Both the position numbers and the translations under genes were made by a program. Of a stretch of DNA of 64,000 nucleotides, positions 1-12,551 are shown in pieces (position 1 is the stretch's first letter; every line of letters begins with the position of its first letter). Where the stretch lies: NCBI RefSeq assembly GCF_902713615.1, contig NC_052146.1, forward strand, positions 68,963,238 through 69,027,237, given 5' to 3'. The DNA comes from Scyliorhinus canicula (taxonomy: Eukaryota). The notes below the pieces were generated by a model. It saw only the letters and a list, made by a program, of their open reading frames with translations. It did no database searches and was not told the origin of the DNA.

Positions 1-270
1 TCAACGAAGCTATTACTACCGGACTCCCCGAGTATCTCCCCGGGGGTCATCGGGAGCGGCGCTGTCGCTAACGCCTTCAATCCCGACCCCCTACCCAAAC
101 TCTCCTCCATTCGACCCATTGGGAGTCAACCCCTCTGACCCAGCTCCATACCTTCTCCACATTCGCCGCCCAGTACATCAGGTTCGGAAGACCCAAACCC
201 TCTGCCTGCCTTCCTCTCTGTAGTAGCACCTTTTTAATTCTGGCTACCTTCCCTCCCCATATGAACGAGC

Positions 271-694
271 ACAGTAAGAAGTCTTACAGCACCAGGTTAA
301 AGTCCAACATATTTGTTTCAAACACTAGCTTTCGGAGCACTGCTCCTTCCTCAGGTGAATGAAGAGGTATGTTCCAGAAACATATATATAGACAAATTCA
401 AAGATGCCAGACAATGCTTAGAATGCAAGCATTTGCAGGTAATTAAATCTTACAGGTCCCCTATCTTTGGATCTGTAAAGATTTAATTACCTGCAAATGC
501 TCGCATTCTAAGCATTGTCTGGCATCTTTGAATTTGTCTACATATATATGTTTCTGGAACATACCTCTTCATTCACCTGAGGAAGGAGCAGTGCTCCGAA
601 AGCTAGTGTTTGAAACAAACATGTTGGACTTTAACCTGATGTTGTTAAGACTTCTTACTGTGCTCACCCCAGTCCAACGCCGGCATCTCCACTT
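271..694. mobile_element. Penelope-like element foldback (inverted pLTRs) with two minimal hammerhead ribozymes
   Basis: Inverted arms of about 190 bp (267-455 and 473-665), each with CTGAGGA-stem II-GAAAGCTA; 13-bp TSD with 2 transitions at 258-270 and 695-707. Confidence 0.8.
568..614 (+). ncRNA. Minimal type I hammerhead ribozyme (mirror copy on - at about 317-363)
   Basis: CAC-CTGAGGA-A-GGAGC(AGT)GCTCC-GAAA-GC-TA/GTG: conserved core, 5-bp stem II, palindromic AGCT stem III, NUH triplet CUA. Confidence 0.72.
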
Positions 695-980
695 CATACG
701 AATGAGCTAATCATCCCTTCGATCTCTCTAAAAAATGCCTTTGGCAGGAAAATCGGCAGGCATTGCAAAATAAACAGGAATCGCGGCCGCACATTCATTT
801 TAACCACCTGCACATGACCCGCCAGTGATAGAGAGAGATCATCCCCCCTTGCTAGATCAGCTTTCACCCTCCCCACCAAACTAGAAATGTTGTACCTACG
901 GAGCCCCCTCCAATCTCGAGCCATCTGCACCCCAAGGTATCTAAAGTGAGTTCCGGCATTACGGAATGGCAACCCAGGTC

Positions 981-1343
981 ACTGAAAGGGGCAACACGGG
1001 TGGAGAAGGTAGTCAAGAAGCCATACGGCATGCTTTCCTTCATTGGCCGGGGCATTGAGAATAAGAATTGGCAAGTCATGTTGCAGCTGTATAGAATCTT
1101 AGTTAGGCCACACTTGGGAGTATAGTGTTCAATTCTGGTCGCCACACTACCAGAAGGATGTGGAGGCTTTGGAGAGGGTACGGAAGAGATTTATCAGGAT
1201 GTTACCTGGTATGGAGGGCATTAGCTATGAGGAGCGGTTGAATAAACTTGGTTTGTTCTCACTGGAACGACGGAGGTTGAGGGGCAACCTGATAGAAGTC
1301 TACAAAATTATGAGGGGCATAGATAGAGTGGATAGTCAGAGGA
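981..1343 (+). mobile_element. CR1 LINE 3' fragment
   Basis: LVRPHL...LERVRKRFIRMLPG...LGLFSLERRRLRG. Confidence 0.85.
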
Positions 1344-2028
1344 AGTTGTGAATAAAAACCTCCAAAGATCCTAGTAACACCAGAAAAGCTATGTTTTCTG
1401 TCTACCGTTCTTGTCCTGAATGTTCCACAAATGCTTTTTTAATATTCCTATGGTACTGCTAATGTTTCAACTGAGAATGGGATGTTCAGATAGAATGTTT
1501 AATGCGACTTGTCTCTTTAAAGCTGTTGCTCAGATAAGTACTTGTATTCCAGCCTAGTGGCCACTGTGATTTCATTCTGCTGCACTTTAACTTGATTTTA
1601 CTATCATATTTCACAAGAGGTAGATCTTTCAAATGTATAGAATAATTCAGCATCTCCGATTGCTCTGTTTTAAATTAAAAACTCACTTCACTACTAGTTA
1701 CAAGAATATTTTCATGCCAAGTTAGAACTGAGTGAACATTAAGATGAGCTTGCTTGTTAGTAAACACTTAGTCTAAGAAAGAAAGACTATTTGATTCAAT
1801 AAGCTCACTCTGAACAGTCTTATTTATGATTATTATACCATTCAATCATCTACTCATTTCCAGCAGCCCCACCTTCTGTTTTCCTATTTTAAGGAACAGC
1901 CCTAACTGTCGCTGGAAGAGGAGCTACAGAGTGAATTCCAATAGATAATCGGTTCTTCACAATCAAAACATTTTTTAAAATATTACCAGTACTGTATTGG
2001 GGAATTTTCAGGTTTGCAGACCACAATC

Positions 2029-2181
2029 TCAAAGGTGAAGAATACAGGGCAGCACTTCTCCACATCGAGCATTGATTTTCAGAGTAGCCAGTCTATCTGC
2101 TCTGGTATCCCCAATGTTCAGTAATGCAATTGGTATCTTCTTCTCATAGGCTGCAATGATGAACCTATATCCAGAATACAC
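2029..2181 (-). CDS. SIRT4: SIRT4 last coding exon ([50 protein letters not shown])
   Basis: Translated by hand. Acceptor AG at 2183-2182; the phase-0 join gives GSSLQ|VYSGYRF as in vertebrate SIRT4; NIGxTR motif; TGA at 2031-2029. Confidence 0.95.
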   Translation of the reverse strand: MYSGYRFIIAAYEKKIPIALLNIGDTRADRLATLKINARCGEVLPCILHL

Positions 2182-2915
2182 CTATTTATAGAGAACAAAA
2201 AGAATCTGAAATGTTAGTTTATATACCAAGAGGTTTTGTATGCTGCATAAAGATGGATTTAAATTTAACCTAAGGGCTGGGATTGAAGTCTCTTCTTACA
2301 TGACCTTAACAAATCCAGAGTATCAAACTCACTGCTGAGCTGAAAGGGTGTGATTCAAATCCCACTCTAGAAACCAATGTTCTCTTTGAAGTTTAGTTAA
2401 CATCAGCATCGCCATGTAGCCCATTTTTTTGTGTGCGGTCTTTTTTGGACAGCACCAGATGTTTGTCCAGCACTCGTGCAATTTAATAGGTACAATACAA
2501 GGAGCCTAGGCCAGTGGTGCAGTGGTTAGCACTGCTGCCTCACGGCGCCAAGGACCCGGATTAAATCCAGCCCTGGGTCACTGTCCGTGTGGAGTTTGCA
2601 TATTCTCCCCGTGTCTACGTGGGTCTCACCTCACAACCCAAAGATGTACAGGGTAGATGGACTAGCCCCCAAAATGCCCCGTAATTGGAAAGATTTTTTA
2701 AAAACCCTTTCAGGCAATGTAAACAATTTCACAAAGATGTGAATCAATACAGATCAGCCGACTGCGTTGGCATTTCTGAGTAGGGCAGGTTGGAACTTTG
2801 AAATATCCACTGTAAACTGATTTTAAAAATGTACATAATGTCTTTGTAGCTGCTGCATGTTTTACCTTTCTAAGCTATTCCAAATTTGACATTTACGTAA
2901 GCATTTTCTACATTT

Positions 2916-3150
2916 TTTTTTTCATTTTTTTTAATAAATTTAGATTACCCAATTATTTTTTCCAATTAAGGGGCAATTTAGCGTGGCCAATCCACCTACT
3001 CTGCACATTTTTGGGTTGTGGGGGTGAAACCCACGCAGACACGGGGAGAATGTGCAAACTCCACACGGACAGTGACCCAGAGCCGGGATCGAACCTGGGA
3101 CCTCAGCGCCGTGAGGCGGTTGTGCTAACCACTAGGCCACCGTGCTGCCC
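2916..3150 (-). repeat. Young tRNA-derived SINE (HE1/V-SINE-like head), poly(A)-tailed
   Basis: A and B boxes (TGGCCTAGTGG, GGTTCGATCCC); TSD GCATTTTCTACATTT; nearly identical to 7293-7514. Confidence 0.9.
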
Positions 3151-3377
3151 GCATTTTCTACATTTAAGTAAATTATGAGAATTTATGTTCAGTTTCAGTC
3201 GATCGCCCCGTAACTAAAACCACATTGACTATATCATAAAAAGGACAGTCAGCAGCTCACAGCAGTTGGTGGATTAAAGAACGTCTGAAATTAGACAATA
3301 TAAAAGTGGGAAATAGAAATTTACATTTCCGGGAACTAACTTGGGTGAAGTCTTTCTTGAACCAACATAAAATATCT

Positions 3378-4945
3378 TTTTTTTTTAATATAATTTTTAT
3401 TGGAATTTTTTACAGAAAATTTTTTTCCTCCCCCTTCCCCCCCTCCCCCCGGGTTGCTGCTGCTACTGTCCCTGTACCCTATCGTTGAGCCAGAAAGTCG
3501 AGAAAAGGTTGCCACCGCCTAAAGAACCCTTATGCCGACCCTCTCAGGGCGAATTTGACTTTCTCTAGCTTAATGAAACCCGCCATGTCATTGATCCAGG
3601 TCTCCACGCTTGGGGGCCTCGCATCCTTCCATTGTAGCAAGATCCCTCGCCGGGCTACTAGGGACGCAAAGGCCAGCACACCGGCCTCTTTCGCCTCCTG
3701 CACTCCCGGCTCCACCCCAACCCCAAAAATCGCGAGTCCCCATCCTGGCTTGACCCTGGATCCCACCACCCTCGACACCGTCCTCGCCACCCCCTGCCAG
3801 AACTCCTCCAGTGCCGGGCATGCCCAGAACATATGGGCATGGTTCGCTGGACTCCCCGAGCACCTGACACACCTATCTTCACCCCCAAAGAACATACTCA
3901 TCCTCGTCCCAGTCATGTGGGCCCTATGCAGCACCTTGAATTGGATGAGGCTAAGCCGCGCACACGAGGAGGAAGAATTAACCCCCTCCAGAGCATCAGC
4001 CCACGTCCCGTCTTCGATCTGTTCCCCCAGTTCCCCCTCCCACTTAGCTTTCAGCTCCTCTACTGACGCCTCCTCCGCCTCCTGCATAACCTTGTAGATA
4101 TCAGATATCTTCCCCTCTCCGACCCAGACGCCCGAAAGCACCCTGTCGCTCACCCCCCTCGCGGGAAGCGAAGGGAATCCCTCCACCTGCCGCCTAGCAA
4201 ATGCCTTTACCTGCAGATACCTGAACATGTTCCCTGGGGGGAGCCCAAATTTCTCCTCCAACTCCCCCAGACTCGCAAACCTCCCATCAATAAACAGGTC
4301 CCTCAGCTGTCTGATGCCCGCTCTGTGCCAACCCTGAAATCCCCCATCAATGTTCCCCGGGACGAACCTATGGTTCCCCCTTAACGGAGCCTCCATCGAG
4401 CCCCCCACTTCTCCCCTATGTCGCCTCCACTGCCCCCAAATCTTGAGGGTAGCCGCCACCACCGGACTCGTGGTATACCTTGTAGGAGGGCGCGGCCACA
4501 GCGCCGTTACCAGGGCCCCCAGGCTTGTATCTCCACAGGACGCCCTCTCCATCCGTTTCCATGCTGCCCCCTCCCCCTTCATTACCCACTTGCACACCAT
4601 CGACACATTGGCCGCCCAATAATACCCCGAGAGATTGGGTAACGCCAGCCCCCCCCCCCATCTCTACCCCGCTCCAAGAAGACCCTCTTCACCCTCGGGG
4701 TCCCATGCGCCCAAACAAAGCTCATGATGCTGCTAGTCACCCTTCTAAAAAAGGCCCTAGGGATAAAGATGGGCAAACACTGAAAAAGGAACAAGAACCT
4801 CGGGAGAACCGTCATTTTGACGGACTGCACTCTACCCGCCAACAATAGCGGCACCATGTCCCATCTTTTAAATTCCTCCTCCATCTGCTCCACCAGCCTG
4901 GTAAAATTAAGCTTATGGAGAGTCCCCCAACTCCTGGCCACCTGC
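3378..4945 (-). mobile_element. 5'-truncated L1 (ORF2 C-terminus)
   Basis: ORF 3530..4606 with CxxC...HMFWAC; poly(A) tail; TSD ACCAACATAAAATATCT at 3361-3377 and 4946-4962. Confidence 0.92.
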
Positions 4946-5141
4946 ACCAACATAAAATATCTAGGACAACATAAATATCAGTGATTTGGGCAACACGTTG
5001 GTGCAGTAATTAGCACTGCTGCCTCACGCCGCCGAGGTCCCAGGTTCGACCCCGACCCTGGGTCACTGTCCGTGTGGAGTTTGCACATTTTCCCTGTATT
5101 TACGTGGGTTTTGATCCCACAACCCAAAGATGTGCAGGGTA

Positions 5142-5797
5142 CATAAGAACATAGAATTAGGAGCAGGAGTAGGTCATCTGGCCCCTCGAGCCTGCTCTGC
5201 CATTCAATGAGATCATGGCTGATCTTTTGTGGACTCAGCTCCACTTTCCGACCCGAACACCATAACCCTTAATCCCTTTATTCTTCAAAAAACTATCTAT
5301 CTTTACCTTAAAAACATTTAATGAAGGAGCCTCAACTGCTTCACTGGGCACGAAATTCCATAGATTCACAACCCTTTGGGTGAAGAAGTTCCTCCTAAAC
5401 TCAGTCTTAAATCTACTTCCCTTATTTTGAGGCTATGCCCCCAGTTCTGCTTTCACCCACCAGTGGAAACAACCTGCCCGCATCTATCCTACCTATAACC
5501 TTCATAATTTTATATGTTTCTATAAGATCCCCCCCCTCATCCTTCTAAATTCCAACAAGTACAGTCCCAGTCTACTCAACCTCTCCTCATAATCCAACCC
5601 CTTCAGATCTAGGATTAACCTCGTGAACCTCCTCTGCACACCCTCCAGCGCCAGTACGTCCTTTCTCAAGGAGACCAAAACTGAACACAATACTCCAGGT
5701 GTGGCCTCACTAACACCTTATACAATTGCAGCATAACCTCCCTAGTCTTAAACTCCATCCCTCTAGCAATGAAGGACAAAATTCCATTTGCCTTCTT
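5142..5797 (-). mobile_element. CR1 3' fragment inserted into a SINE (head at 4987-5141)
   Basis: CR1 C-terminal coding sequence and 3' tail. Confidence 0.8.
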
Positions 5798-6108
5798 GGA
5801 ATTTTGTGGATTTAGGTGGATTTTACACGCTAAATTGCCCTTTTCACAGTAACTTCATTGCAGTGTTAATGCAAGCTTATTTGTGACAATAAAGATTATT
5901 ATTATTATTATTATTAATTGGGGGAAAATGAATTGGGTACTCTAAATTTATTTTGAAAAAATATCAGTGACTTTGCATGTAACCAACGTAAATTAAATTT
6001 TTTCTAACCTTTTGTGCTTGTCTAATCAATCCGACCAGATTTTGCTGTTCCAAAAATGTTAAATCTAAGATCCCATCAATCTGCATATACCATAAATTGT
6101 TCATGCTC

Positions 6109-7579
6109 GCCGGCCAAGTACTCCACCAGCCCGGTAGTGGTGGCGACCCTGCGGATATGGGGCCAGTGGAGGAGGCATGTAGGGGAGACGGGGGCATCGG
6201 TTTGGGCGCTAATCTGCGACAACCATCGGTTTGCCCCCGGGAGTATGGATGGGGGGTTTTGAGTATGGTGGCGGACGGGGGTGGGAAGGGTGGGCGATAT
6301 GTTCCTGGAAGGGAGTTTTGTGAGTTTGAGGAGCTTGGAGGAGAAATTTGGGCTGGTAGGGGGAAATTATTTTAGGTACCTACAGTTGCGGGACTTTGTT
6401 CGTAGACAGGTCCCATCTTTCCCACGCCTCCCGCCAATGGGGATCCTAGACAGAATCGTCTCTAGGGGGGAAGAAGGGGAGGGTAGAATCTCTGGTATTT
6501 ATAAGGTGCTCATGAGGGAGGAAGGGTCCCAGATGGAGGAACTGAAACTTAAATGGGAGGAGGAGCTAGGCGGGGAAATGGAGGACGGGCTGTGGGCAGA
6601 GGCCCTGAGTAGGGTAAATTCGACCGCGACGTGCCAGGCTTGGGCTGATTCAATTTAAGGTCGTTCACCGGGCCCATATGACGGTGGCTCGGATGAGCAA
6701 ATTCTTTGGGATAGAGGACAAATACGCTAGGTGCGCGGGAGGACCAGCAAACCACGTTCACATGTTTTGGGCATGCCCTAAACTGAGGGGGTACTGGGAG
6801 GGATTTGCGGGCGTCATGTCCAGGGTGCTAAAAACAAGGGTGGCGATGGGTCCAGGGGTGGCAATTCTTGGGGTTTCGGAAGACCCGGGAGTCCAGGGGG
6901 GAGAAAGAGGCGATGTTTTGGCCTTTGCTTCCCTGATAGCCCGGCGACGAATACTATTGGCGTGGAGGGACTCAAAGCCCCCGAAGACTGATTTGTAGCT
7001 TGCGGACATGTGGAGTTTCCTGGGTATGGAAAAAAATTAAGTTCGCCTTGAGGGGATCTGTACAGGGGTTCGCCCGGAGGTGGCAACCATTTATTGACTT
7101 CTTTGCGGGAGAGTGAGCGTCAGCAGGGGGGAGGGGAGAGTAGAGTAGAGTAGGAGGGATAAAATGGCGGGTAGTACCGGTGGGAGAGGAGCGGGCTTGT
7201 GCAGTATGTTACGATTGAAGTATTGAAAGTACATGGATGTTTGCACATTTTAGCCTTTTTTGCTTTCTTTCTGTTGATGTCTGTAACTGTTTTTTTTTAA
7301 ATTTAGATTACCCAATTATTTTTTCCAATTAAGGGGCAATTTAGCATGGCCAATCCACCTACTCTGCACATTTTTGGGTTTGTGGGGGCGAAACCCACGC
7401 AGACACGGGGAGAATGTGCAAACTCCACACAGACAGTGACCCAGAGCCGGGATCGAACCTGGGACCTCAGCGCCGTGAGGCGGTTGTGCTAACCACTAGG
7501 CCACCATGCTGCCTATGTCTGTAACTGTTTACAAAGCCAAAAACTACCTCAATAAAATTGTTTATTTAAAAAAAAAAAA
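6109..7579 (+). mobile_element. 5'-truncated L1 with a nested SINE
   Basis: ORF2 C-terminal fragments; AATAAA plus poly(A); TSD AAATTGTTCATGCTC at 6094-6108 and 7580-7594. Confidence 0.92.
7293..7514 (-). repeat. Young tRNA-derived SINE, poly(A)-tailed
   Basis: 16-bp TSD ATGTCTGTAACTGTTT. Similar copies at about 26026, 26669, 33457, 35410, 39480, 40515, 44153, 45680, 48202 and 51002. Confidence 0.9.
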
Positions 7580-7804
7580 AAATTGTTCATGCTCACTGAT
7601 TAAGCTGATCTGATTTGGAATTTATTTACCAAGAACACAGCTCTTTGAGCCCTGTGAAATTCAAGTAGGACAAACCAAGGAATATAATCGCAAATATGAC
7701 TGAGCTATCTTGGTTTCCAGGCTGGACTGTAAACCCTGGACTATCATAGCCAAGTGACCATAAATTGGACATCCCTAATGTATTTGATAATCTCAGCTAC
7801 TCAC

Positions 7805-8599
7805 CTGCAGCGAAGAACCTGCCACCAGAACGGCATCTGACTCAGCCACACGCTCATAAACAAAATTCACTTTCTCCTTGTTCACTATGTCTCCAAAAAA
7901 GGTGACATCAGGTTTCAGGGTACCTCCACAACTCTCACAAGAGGGAATGCTAAAATATTTTACTTGTTCATCAGTCAGGAAAACATCTCCATCTGGAGCT
8001 ATTCCATGTGCTGCCTCAGCCCAGCCAGGATTCAGAGCAGTGAATTTGTCCTGAAGGTAGCTCCTAGATGTTACATCTCCACACCTAAGACAGATCACCC
8101 TGTGAGTGCAGCCATGAAGCTCCGTCAGGTGCTGACTTCCTGCCTTTGAGTGCAAAGCATCCACATTTTGAGTTACCAGCCAATGCAGCTTTCCCAAGTT
8201 CTCCCATTTGCTCAAAACATCATGTGCCACATTTGGCTGGTGACAACAAAACAGTGGCCAACCAACGTAATTGCGTGCCCAGTACCTCTGCCTGCCCTTG
8301 GCACTGCGGATGAACTCAGAGTGCTGAATGGGGCGTATTGCTGTCCGAGCATAGAGCCCCACACCCTCAGATCGATAATCCGGAATACCAGATTCTGTGG
8401 ACACCCCTGCTCCGGTCAGCACAAACAGCTTCTTGGATCGAAGCACAAAATCCTTAAGTTCCTCCAATTCGATGGAGTCCAATGGACGGCTCGAAGGAAC
8501 AAATGCCAAATTGGAGGCAGTGACTGAACTGTAGTTCCTGCAGGTTTGTTTCAATAACAGGCATTTCTCAGCAACTACAAATATAGACAGCAGACGCAT
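7805..8599 (-). CDS. SIRT4: NAD-dependent sirtuin-4 (mitochondrial), first coding exon (codons 1-265)
   Basis: ORF 7793..8599 has sirtuin motifs [36 protein letters not shown], two CxxC zinc knuckles, [10 protein letters not shown] and GSSLQ. The acceptor tttattcctAG lies directly before the ATG; the donor CAG|GTGAGT is at 7805. Confidence 0.96.
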
Positions 8600-9039
8600 C
8601 TAGGAATAAACACAATGAAATGATAAGTCACTATAACATGATCAAAACCATACGTAAGGAAAACAGCTGAGAAATAGCTCCGACAGAATAGACATGGTAA
8701 AAACTTCCTGTATATATATATATATAGCCTCTACCTACATGGTAGGCTGTTCTCTGGAAGAAGTGATCCACACAAGCCACAGTTAACACTCGATAGTAAC
8801 ATTCAGAAATTCAAAACCTTAAACCTAGTGTGATCTGTGTGAAGATTACTTTATATAACATGCATTCATAACGAAAGAAAGTACCTTTCCTAAATGCACC
8901 AGTGTCATCCGAGCCAGGTGGATGCCAGGTTCGATTTAGCACTGACTTTACTTTCCACAATCTCTTTGCTGAAGCAAGATATCCAGGGTCAAATTAGATG
9001 AGTTCCTCTCCAGTCTATCCGAACGGCAGTTCGGACCGG

Positions 9040-9240
9040 CACCCTAACACTTCCTGTTGGCAAAGATTCCCCCGACCCTTGCCAGACTGCAGCTTACCTT
9101 CTCGATCCGAGTTCACAGCAGACTTGCCGCTACCATGAAAACAAGTGTTACAAAAGCAATGGTTAACCTGCGAATATGGAGTGCAGCCATTGGTCAGACT
9201 GTTCCGATTACGTATCCGATAACACGTGATGTGGACCCAC
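9040..9240 (-). promoter_or_regulatory. SIRT4: Probable SIRT4 promoter and non-coding first exon (donor at 9098)
   Basis: Local CpG enrichment, donor AAG|GTAAGC at 9098, CCAAT box (CTGACCAATGG on - at 9187-9197), CACGTG E-box at 9223, X-box-like GCTACCATGAAAAC, ETS-like ACTTCCTG near 9050. Splicing to 8599 gives GAGAAG|ATG (A at -3). Confidence 0.65.
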
Positions 9241-9806
9241 CCCCCCAGTCTGATCACTGAGGACTCAGAAACATAACGCACAAAAAGAGGCCATTCGACC
9301 ATTCCTGCCTGTCTTGCTTCTTTGGGAGAACTGTCCTACTTAATCTGACACAAGCTTTTTCTCCGTTACCCGAGAACTCCTAATCCTCAAGTACCTGAAT
9401 AATGCCCATTTTAAATAATGTATAGAATTACTGGTCCACTTGTACAGATTGCATTTGGGGGAGAGGGGAAGAAACAGTTTATGCTTCGGGTTAATGGCCT
9501 TTTTTCAGAACTGGAAAAGTTGGAGATGTAACGCGTTTAAAACAAGATCTTTGATTAACCTAGGACAAAAGTTCGGCACAACATCGTGGGCCAAAGGGCC
9601 TGTTCTGTGCTGTATTTCTCTATGTTCTTGTTAACAATGAATGGAAGGCTATGGGGAGGGGGAGGGGGCCCGGGGCACAATAAATTGAATAACAAAAGTT
9701 GAATGATGTTGCTAAGCAAAAAGAGTTTGTAATGGGATCAAAATGCTGAATCTAGAGGAGTTTTAAGTGGGATTAGCAGAATCACCACTAACCATCTGAA
9801 AATAAT

Positions 9807-10420
9807 GGGCTGGATTCTCCAATCCCCGACGCCAAAATCGCGTTCGATGATGGGGTGGAGAATCCCTGATGACGACAGAAGCGGGGGCAGCGCCGCTTTC
9901 ACAATACTCCACCTCCAGAAAAGCAGCGTACTCCTATTATACACGACCTCGGGCCATTCCCCGAGGCCCACCCCACAATGCTCCGTCCCCGACCAGTTGC
10001 GTTTCCAACAGCGTGGGGCACGTCTAGCCTCACCCGTCGGGAACTCAGCGTGGTGGCTGCGGACTCAGTTTAGCACCCCACAGTCAGGGAGGGCCGATCT
10101 GTTGGGGGGGGGGGGGCTTTAATCGAGGCTGGGGCACTGTGGGGGGGGGGGGGCAGTCCGGGGTGAGCGAGCTGGCCAAAGGGCTTATTTTTGCAGTCCG
10201 TGGGCTGCGTCTGCCATGAAGCATGGCGCAGCCGCTGCAGTGCGCATGTGCGGCCACAGACCCAGCAATGCTCCAGGCTGTATCGGCAGCTAGAGCTGGG
10301 AGCTCTACGCTGCTTGGCTGCTGGTCTTCCCCTGAACAGGGAATCGGTGGCCATTTTGCACCAGTTTTCCTGGCGTAAGAGAACACCGTTTTCACGCCAG
10401 CGTGGGGACTTAGTCTCCAA
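9807..10420. mobile_element. Related GC-rich MITE, right end lost next to a CR1 fragment
   Basis: Begins GGGCTGGATTCTCC, the same TIR type as 48763. Confidence 0.6.
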
Positions 10421-10424
10421 ATAG

Positions 10425-10990
10425 GTACAGTAACATAGGAATTAGGAACAGAAGTAGGCAATTCAGCCCTTCGAACCTGCTCTGCCATTCAGTCAGGTCA
10501 TGGCTGATCTCTTCCTGGTCTCAAATCCACCTCCCCACCTGTTGTCCACATCCCTTTAACCCTTTTGTTTAAAAATAAGAAATATCTATCTCCTAATTGA
10601 ACCCATTTAATGACTCCGATTCCAACAGTTCCACCCATTTGTTGCGAGTTCCACAAATTCACCACTCTCTGCAAGTAGTTCCTCCTCATCTGAGTTCTAA
10701 ATTTACTATCTTTCAACCTATATTTGGTCTACATTTACTTTATCAATCCATTTAGTATTTTATACACCTTGATTAGATCCCCTCTCATCCTTCTAAACTC
10801 CAGCAAGTATGAACCCAAACTGTTTACTCTCTCCTCGTACGTCAACCCTTCCTTCCCTAGAATCAATCTGGTGAACGTCCTCTGAACTGCCTCCAATACC
10901 ACCACATCCATCCTCAAATAAGGAGACCAAACCTTGTCACAATCCTCCAGATGTGGTCTCAACAACACCCTATACAATTGCAACAACAGA
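10425..10990 (-). mobile_element. CR1 3' fragment
   Basis: LLRPHLE...EFRRMRGDLI. Confidence 0.8.
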
Positions 10991-10994
10991 AGTG

Positions 10995-11800
10995 ATAATC
11001 TGAAATTGCTGAACTCAATGTTAGGTCCAGAAGGTTGTGTCATGTTTAATTGAAGGATGAGGTGCTGTTCTTTACATTTAGCTTTATTTGAACAATGTAG
11101 GAGGTCGAGGTAAGTGGAAGTGAGACAGAGAATAAAAGTAAGAGGCGGTTGGAAGTTTGGAGCCACACATGTGGACAGGATTGAAGTGTACTCCAATCTG
11201 TGTCTGGTCTCCCCAATGTAAAGGAAACCATGTTATCAGTAGAGAAAACAGCATACTAAATTACTGCATCACCTGAAAGGAGCATTTGGGGCCCTGGATG
11301 GTGGTTAGGAGGTAAATCATAGAAGCACTACAGTGCAGGAGGCCATTCATCCCATTGATTCTGCACCGACCCTCTGAAAGAGCACTCTACTCAAACCCAC
11401 TCCCCCGCCCCATCCCCATAACCCCACCTAATCTGCACATCTCGGGACACTAAGGGGCAATTTAGCATGGCCAATCCACCTGACCACTATACCTTTGGAC
11501 TGTGGGAGAAAACCAGAACACAGAGGAAACCCAACCAGACACTAGTGCTGTGAGGCAACAGTGCTAACCACTGGACAGGTATCAAAGAAAGGAGAGCCAC
11601 TGTTGATGATTAAAAGGTGAACCAGGGTGTTGTTGAGGAAACCATAATCATAATGTCAACAAAGGGTAGAAAATGTCTTTCATGGGAGCATCAAGCTGGA
11701 GGTGGAGGAAATGGCAGAGGAACAGAATAATCAATTATCTTCTCATTTGCTCAACTAAGCATTTCCCTCCACCATGACCGACAGGCACCCATGACTATGC
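10995..11800 (-). mobile_element. Decayed Penelope-like element (GIY-YIG endonuclease region); related pieces at about 9460-9800 (-), 12570-12880 (+) and 24885-25045 (+)
   Basis: The - strand reads ...FLYIGETRHRL near 11230-11195; the related pieces carry degenerate hammerhead cores and the ctctccacagatgctg terminal motif. Confidence 0.6.
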
Positions 11801-11849
11801 CTATTCCATTCTGTTCACACCCTTACCCATGCTCCCAGAACCATGTTAT

Positions 11850-12222
11850 TGGTTCCCTTTGTCTTGCTTCCAACTATTTTATTGGAAGGCAATGAAACTA
11901 AATTAAATAGACTAAAGGACAAGTTTAAAGGGGCAGCCCCGTAAAGGAATTCTGCCTTAAACAAAAACAAAGAGCAAATGAAACTTAAAATGTCAAACCA
12001 AAAATGTGATTAAAAGCGTTGATAAAGCACCCAGACGCTGCGGAACACACGGGACACAGAAGGCCTCGATGGTGCCCGTGGACACTGCATGCTCCCTCTC
12101 CAGGGACACCTGACCTTACATGTAGCTGCAGCAGAGGAGCAGACAGTCAGGTTGGATGGCCTCTCTGTTGCCCGTTGCTTGAACATTAATGGCAAGGGCC
12201 CAGGAGCAGGTTCACAAGGTGA
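11850..12222 (-). mobile_element. Tx1-like non-LTR retrotransposon 3' fragment
   Basis: The - strand reads DHLVNLLLG...QVSLEREHAVSTGTIEAF, resembling Tx1 ORF2 C-termini. Confidence 0.55.
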
Positions 12223-12348
12223 TCTCCCCCCCCCCCCCCCCCCCCCCTCTCTCTCTCTCTCTGCATCGGGTGCCCATAGATCAGTGTCCTGCTTCCAAAC
12301 TACAAAGCCTCCAATTTTAGACCATTAACCTCTGCCCCTATTTTTTTC

Positions 12349-12551
12349 AGTAAGAAGTCTTACAGCACCAGGTTAAAGTCCAACAGGTTTGTTTCAAACA
12401 CGAGCTTTCGGAGCACGGCTCCTTCTTCAGGTGAAGAAGGAGCCGTGCTCCGAAAGCTCGTGTTTGAAACAAACCTGTTGGACTTTAACCTGGTGTTGTA
12501 AGACTTCTTACTGTGCTCACCCCAGTCCAACGCCGGCATCTCCACATCATG
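12349..12551. mobile_element. Short Penelope foldback (82-bp arms, 2-nt loop) with a hammerhead on the - strand
   Basis: Arms at 12348-12429 and 12432-12513 match at 81/82 positions; 12-bp TSD CCTATTTTTTTC at 12337-12348 and 12552-12563. Confidence 0.82.

Larger units (their letters stand above)
1..980 (-). mobile_element. L1 ORF2 fragment interrupted by a Penelope foldback
   Basis: ORF 694..972 (FRYLG, PRFLFILQCLPI); the sequence is similar to 58600-59130. Confidence 0.85.
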
